Of a DNA stretch of 49,331 bases, positions 45,659-49,331 are shown one piece after another. The notes beneath the pieces are model-generated. The model had not been told where the DNA came from. It worked only from the letters and a program-made list of their open reading frames with translations, and made no database searches. Location: positions 1 to 49,331 of the IMG/VR virus record IMGVR_UViG_3300003969_000007. One strand, 5' to 3'. The position numbers and the translations under genes were made by a program. Origin of the DNA: a virus (lineage: Duplodnaviria; Caudoviricetes). Within the stretch, counting starts at the first letter, position 1; the number at the start of each line of letters is the position of its first letter.

Positions 45659-47055
45659 GCGCGCCGGAAGGAACAACCAAGAAGCGCCAGCGTTGCGCGG
45701 TGTACACCCGCAAGTCCAGTGAAGAAGGTCTGGACCAGGAATACAACTCGATTGATGCGCAGCGGGATGCCGGACACGCGTACGTCGCCAGCCAGCGCGC
45801 CGAGGGGTGGATCCCGGTGGCCGACGACTATGACGACCCCGCCTTCTCAGGCGGAAATATGGAGCGCCCCGGCCTCAAACGGCTGATGAAAGATATTGAG
45901 TTGGGTAAGGTTGACATCGTGGTGGTCTACAAAATAGACCGTCTCACCCGCAGCCTGGCGGACTTTTCCAAGATGGTGGAGGTGTTCGAGCGCCAGGGCG
46001 TGTCATTCGTTTCCGTCACCCAGCAGTTCAACACCACCACGTCCATGGGCCGCCTCATGCTCAACGTGCTGCTCTCCTTTGCGCAGTTTGAGCGCGAGGT
46101 CACCGGCGAGCGCATCCGCGACAAGATCGCCGCAAGCAAACGCAAAGGTATGTGGGTCGGCGGTGTTCCTTCCCTGGGTTATGACGTTGTCAACCGCAAG
46201 TTGGTAATCAACCAGGCTGAGGCTGAAATCGTCAAGCGTATGTTCACTGACTATCCGAAGGTGGGCTCCACGACCATGCTGGTGCAGCAACTGCGCATGG
46301 AGGGGGTCACGTCCAAATCATGGATTTCCCAAACCGGCAAGGACCGCGTTGGTAAGTTGATCGACAAGGGAGCCCTGTACAAAATTCTGAACAATCCGAT
46401 TTATGTCGGTGACGTTCGTCACAAAGGTGTTGCATACCCGGGCGAGCACGAAGCCATCATCACGCGCGGTCAATGGGAACTGGTCCAAACGACGCTGGCC
46501 TCCAAGCCCCACGGTGCCAAGAAGGGCCAGGTGCGCACGGAACGCCCGGCATTGCTCAAGGGTCTGATCTTCACCTCTGACGGCCGCGCCATGACGCCGC
46601 ATTCGACCAAAGGCAATGGTGGGCGCCTATACCGGTACTACATGTCCACGCGCGACTCCAAAGAGGGTCACGGTGCCTCCGGCGTCAAGATGCTTCCGGC
46701 AGGTGAGGTGGAGCAAGCCGTGATGGCGCAGGTTCGCGGCATCCTGGCATCACCGGAGGTGGTTACCCAGGTCTGGCGGGAGATTTGCAAGCGCAAGGAC
46801 AAGTCCACAGAGGGCATGACTGAGATGCAGGTGACGGTGGCCATGAACCGTATTGATCTGGTTTGGGATCAGCTTTTCCCATTGGAGCAGCACCGCATAG
46901 TCCAGCTGCTTGTGGATCGGGTCATCATTTCGCCCAACGAGTTGCTTGTCCGAATGCACCCGAACGGCGTTGAAAACTTGGCACTTGACGTAATTCGGAA
47001 TCCCGCCAGCGCGCGGGTTGTGAAATCGGGAGAACGGGAAGGAGCACTGGCATGA
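45655..47055 (+). CDS. Large serine recombinase (integrase)
   Basis: CAVYTRKS (catalytic Ser), VYKIDRLTRS, FAQFERE...ERIRD, PSLGY, ILNNPIYVG, HEAII. Confidence 0.95.
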   Translation: MSAPEGTTKKRQRCAVYTRKSSEEGLDQEYNSIDAQRDAGHAYVASQRAEGWIPVADDYDDPAFSGGNMERPGLKRLMKDIELGKVDIVVVYKIDRLTRSLADFSKMVEVFERQGVSFVSVTQQFNTTTSMGRLMLNVLLSFAQFEREVTGERIRDKIAASKRKGMWVGGVPSLGYDVVNRKLVINQAEAEIVKRMFTDYPKVGSTTMLVQQLRMEGVTSKSWISQTGKDRVGKLIDKGALYKILNNPIYVGDVRHKGVAYPGEHEAIITRGQWELVQTTLASKPHGAKKGQVRTERPALLKGLIFTSDGRAMTPHSTKGNGGRLYRYYMSTRDSKEGHGASGVKMLPAGEVEQAVMAQVRGILASPEVVTQVWREICKRKDKSTEGMTEMQVTVAMNRIDLVWDQLFPLEQHRIVQLLVDRVIISPNELLVRMHPNGVENLALDVIRNPASARVVKSGEREGALA

Positions 47056-47516
47056 GAACAACCACATTGGAAATGACTGGGGACCCACTCCTGTTGCGTG
47101 CACTGGACGGGACCGTTTCCGTGTCCATTCCGATCAAAATTCGGAGATACAGCGGACGCTGCCAAGTCGTCGTGCCGCAAGGCATATCGGCAACTGTTAG
47201 TGGCAACGCCACATCAACAGCCTTGCAAATTGCGCTGGCACGAGGCCACAGGTGGCTTCGACTGATTGAAACCGGCAAGGTCGCCAATCTCGCCTCCATC
47301 GCCAAACTAGAAAATGTCGACCGCAGTTACGTCAGTCGCATGGTCAACCTAACCACGTTGGCACCGGATATCCAGGCTGCAATATTGGACGAGACACTAC
47401 CGGATGCGGTGTCACTGTTTGACCTTGCGATCGACACACCGTTGTCGTGGGATGAGCAGCGCCAGCGAATCTCGGGCGTAGATATAAAACCCACAATTGG
47501 CACCAATTCGCGTTGA
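47052..47516 (+). CDS. Recombinase-associated HTH-like protein
   Basis: ALARGHRW..LIE.G...IA..ENVDRSYVSR..LTTLAPDIQ.AIL; ATGA-coupled to the recombinase. Confidence 0.75.
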   Translation: MRTTTLEMTGDPLLLRALDGTVSVSIPIKIRRYSGRCQVVVPQGISATVSGNATSTALQIALARGHRWLRLIETGKVANLASIAKLENVDRSYVSRMVNLTTLAPDIQAAILDETLPDAVSLFDLAIDTPLSWDEQRQRISGVDIKPTIGTNSR

Positions 47517-47580
47517 AAATGATGGGCCAAACCCTCTAAAAAATTCGAGGCCTGCACTCGTACGTAAAGCTACCCGGCTT

Positions 47581-47793
47581 TCAGGAAATAGTACGTTTTT
47601 CGAGAGCAAGATCGCTTTTGCCATCTTTGATTGGCACACAGATAATCTTGTTGATTCCCGCAACGTCATTTTTCCCCATCACTGCGCCCACCTTCATACA
47701 AAGTGCCTCGGTTTCAAACGCACCTATCGTATGCCAGTTGTATGCTGGAGTTGGCAATGCCGTAGCCAATTGAAGTATCAGAAGAAGATGCAT
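47581..47793 (-). CDS. Possible small exported protein (70 aa)
   Basis: Hydrophobic N-terminus and two Cys; co-oriented with the neighbouring genes. Confidence 0.4.
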   Translation of the reverse strand: MHLLLILQLATALPTPAYNWHTIGAFETEALCMKVGAVMGKNDVAGINKIICVPIKDGKSDLALEKRTIS

Positions 47794-47842
47794 TATTTTC
47801 TTTCGTGTCTGGTCATGCCATCAGTTCTTTATGCCAACCTGT

Positions 47843-48343
47843 TCAAACTAGATATCTGAATACCTGTCGATTGGGGCCAGACGGAATTTCCACTATCGTT
47901 GATCCACCCTCGAAGGCCTCTTCGATAGAAAGGATGTAACGTCTGATAGATTCGACGTCAGGTTTTCTGCCACCCTGATAAATATCGGGCATAGGTGGAA
48001 AATCCTGATCAATGCCTTGTGCTTGCTTTCGCTTGAAATTGAACATCTCAAAAAATCTGTGCATTTTGTCCTGCTCTTCTTCATTGGGAAAAGCGACCTT
48101 CACATGGGTCGGACTTTCATTGATGCATTGAACCCCCATAAACTCTGGTACACCGATCTGCGCCCCGTTATTGAGTAACCATTCAATTATTTGCTGGTAG
48201 CACCCCTTGGTGAATCGATACTCTAGTTGCCACCCTGTGTCTTGCTCCTCTTCCGACCTGAGGATGGCTTGCAACATAAAAAGATCTGCTGCGAAGCTGA
48301 ACTGCGCTGGTTTTTTCATTGAATTTGGTTGCTCGTTAAACAT
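47843..48343 (-). CDS. Hypothetical protein (166 aa)
   Basis: AT-richer ORF overlapping the upstream stop, with an AGGAG RBS. Confidence 0.65.
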   Translation of the reverse strand: MFNEQPNSMKKPAQFSFAADLFMLQAILRSEEEQDTGWQLEYRFTKGCYQQIIEWLLNNGAQIGVPEFMGVQCINESPTHVKVAFPNEEEQDKMHRFFEMFNFKRKQAQGIDQDFPPMPDIYQGGRKPDVESIRRYILSIEEAFEGGSTIVEIPSGPNRQVFRYLV

Positions 48344-49331
48344 TTTTTGTCTCCTGTTCTATTGCAAAGATGTTCCGAAAATAGTTCTGATTGGTCCATC
48401 GCCCCGGATTGCGTTTTGAGTCCCAGCAAGTTGTCGACACTCGCGATCCAATCAGTGCTTTGGCCTTTTGGGTGATTGATCCATCTGGATCGAATGTGGA
48501 TGTTTTCATTTGACGTCTACTTCCATCACCCATTACCAATACAGTACAAGAAGCCCCTCGAATAAATTCATTTTCTTTGATCATCACGAGCGTGTCGGGC
48601 GAGTAAAGCATTGCAACATTGTTCGAACTGATAGATCTAGATTCAGGTTCAGGTTCAGGTTCAGGAATTTTCTTCAAATCACTGGTAATTCCATTGCCTG
48701 AATCATCCGTATCTCGCCAAGCTAAGCCTCGCATTGACTTTTCGCGCCAAGATGCAGGGTGCATGCGACGGATAACTTGTAAGTCAGGAAAGTGGGCGCG
48801 TAACGATGCATCGACCAAGGATCGCAACGGTTTGTTTAATCCGACATCACTGCCCTTGGTGCAACAGTTCATGACGATATCGCTAGGCCGCAATATCGCC
48901 TGCAGTCTTGCGACAAAATTTTCCCGTCCACCTTGTGTCCATACGGCTCGAAAAATCTGATCTCGATACATTGAGGTAGCGGCACCTAGTGAGCATTGAT
49001 ACTGGACCGCGTTGATCAGAACCAATCCAAATCCCATGGCCATTTTTAGATCGCTTGCTTCGGGCAAAAATTTCCGGATCATGTCCCCAGTGAATCCTTT
49101 GGCTGGTCCAGGCTCACCGATAAACTCGTCGACATGCGGTGACTCCAAAATCATGACCAGGCACGGGTGTTCGATCCTCTGACTAGAGATGAGGCGTTGG
49201 GGGAATTGTGGTTTAACGATGATTTCTGACAGCAAGCCAAGGTACTGGTCTGGGCAAGCACGCCCTTCAAAAGTAGGTCCAGCCATCGGCGCAACATTGC
49301 TGGCTATTTGCTCGAAATTGATTTCTTTCAT
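48336..49331 (-). CDS. Hypothetical protein with a uracil-DNA-glycosylase-like N-terminal domain
   Basis: VMILESPHVDE..PAKGFTG, INAVQYQC and MHPASW resemble UDG-superfamily motifs; (PE)4 linker, then a small C-terminal domain. Confidence 0.5.
   Translation of the reverse strand: MKEINFEQIASNVAPMAGPTFEGRACPDQYLGLLSEIIVKPQFPQRLISSQRIEHPCLVMILESPHVDEFIGEPGPAKGFTGDMIRKFLPEASDLKMAMGFGLVLINAVQYQCSLGAATSMYRDQIFRAVWTQGGRENFVARLQAILRPSDIVMNCCTKGSDVGLNKPLRSLVDASLRAHFPDLQVIRRMHPASWREKSMRGLAWRDTDDSGNGITSDLKKIPEPEPEPESRSISSNNVAMLYSPDTLVMIKENEFIRGASCTVLVMGDGSRRQMKTSTFDPDGSITQKAKALIGSRVSTTCWDSKRNPGRWTNQNYFRNIFAIEQETKNV
48642..48665 (+). repeat. (TTCAGG)x4 in-frame tandem repeat
   Basis: Encodes PEPEPEPE on the minus strand. 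Confidence 0.8.

Larger units (their letters stand above)
5655..47516. mobile_element. Lambda-like temperate prophage with a large serine recombinase (boundaries approximate)
   Basis: Contiguous lysis, tail, head, packaging, replication and integration modules with no obviously disrupted core gene. att sites not identified. Confidence 0.9.

Overview
The window is mostly one apparently intact lambda-like (long-tailed) temperate prophage, about 5.65-47.5 kb, in a GC-rich proteobacterial genome. A beta/gamma-proteobacterial host is inferred from a CTGT-N8-ACAG LexA box. The left flank holds the hsdS and hsdR genes of a type I restriction-modification system and a convergent hypothetical/DUF488 pair. 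On the minus strand, read right to left, the prophage encodes: two large unknown proteins behind a LexA box; an early operon (excisionase-like HTH, BRO, AAA ATPase, SSB-like protein, Cas4-like nuclease, P4-type primase-helicase with iterons); a RuvC-like resolvase; a late regulator; a cos-like site; a ParB-methyltransferase; terminase; three fibre-like genes; head and tail genes; two paralogous glycosyltransferases; and lysis genes. The plus strand carries a DUF2924/large serine recombinase module, an S1/P1 nuclease and four small genes. The most notable signals are: (1) a bipartite motif, CTTG(G/C)CTT(C/T)-N9-CAGAGCGTT, in four exactly spaced copies ahead of the small genes and the recombinase module; (2) no recognisable CI repressor, but a LexA-controlled pair of unknown genes; (3) a candidate ~100-nt structured RNA upstream of an HNH gene that converges on the secreted S1/P1 nuclease; (4) duplicated glycosyltransferases in the tail operon. 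All family calls come from reading motifs by eye; no database searches were run, and attachment sites could not be located.
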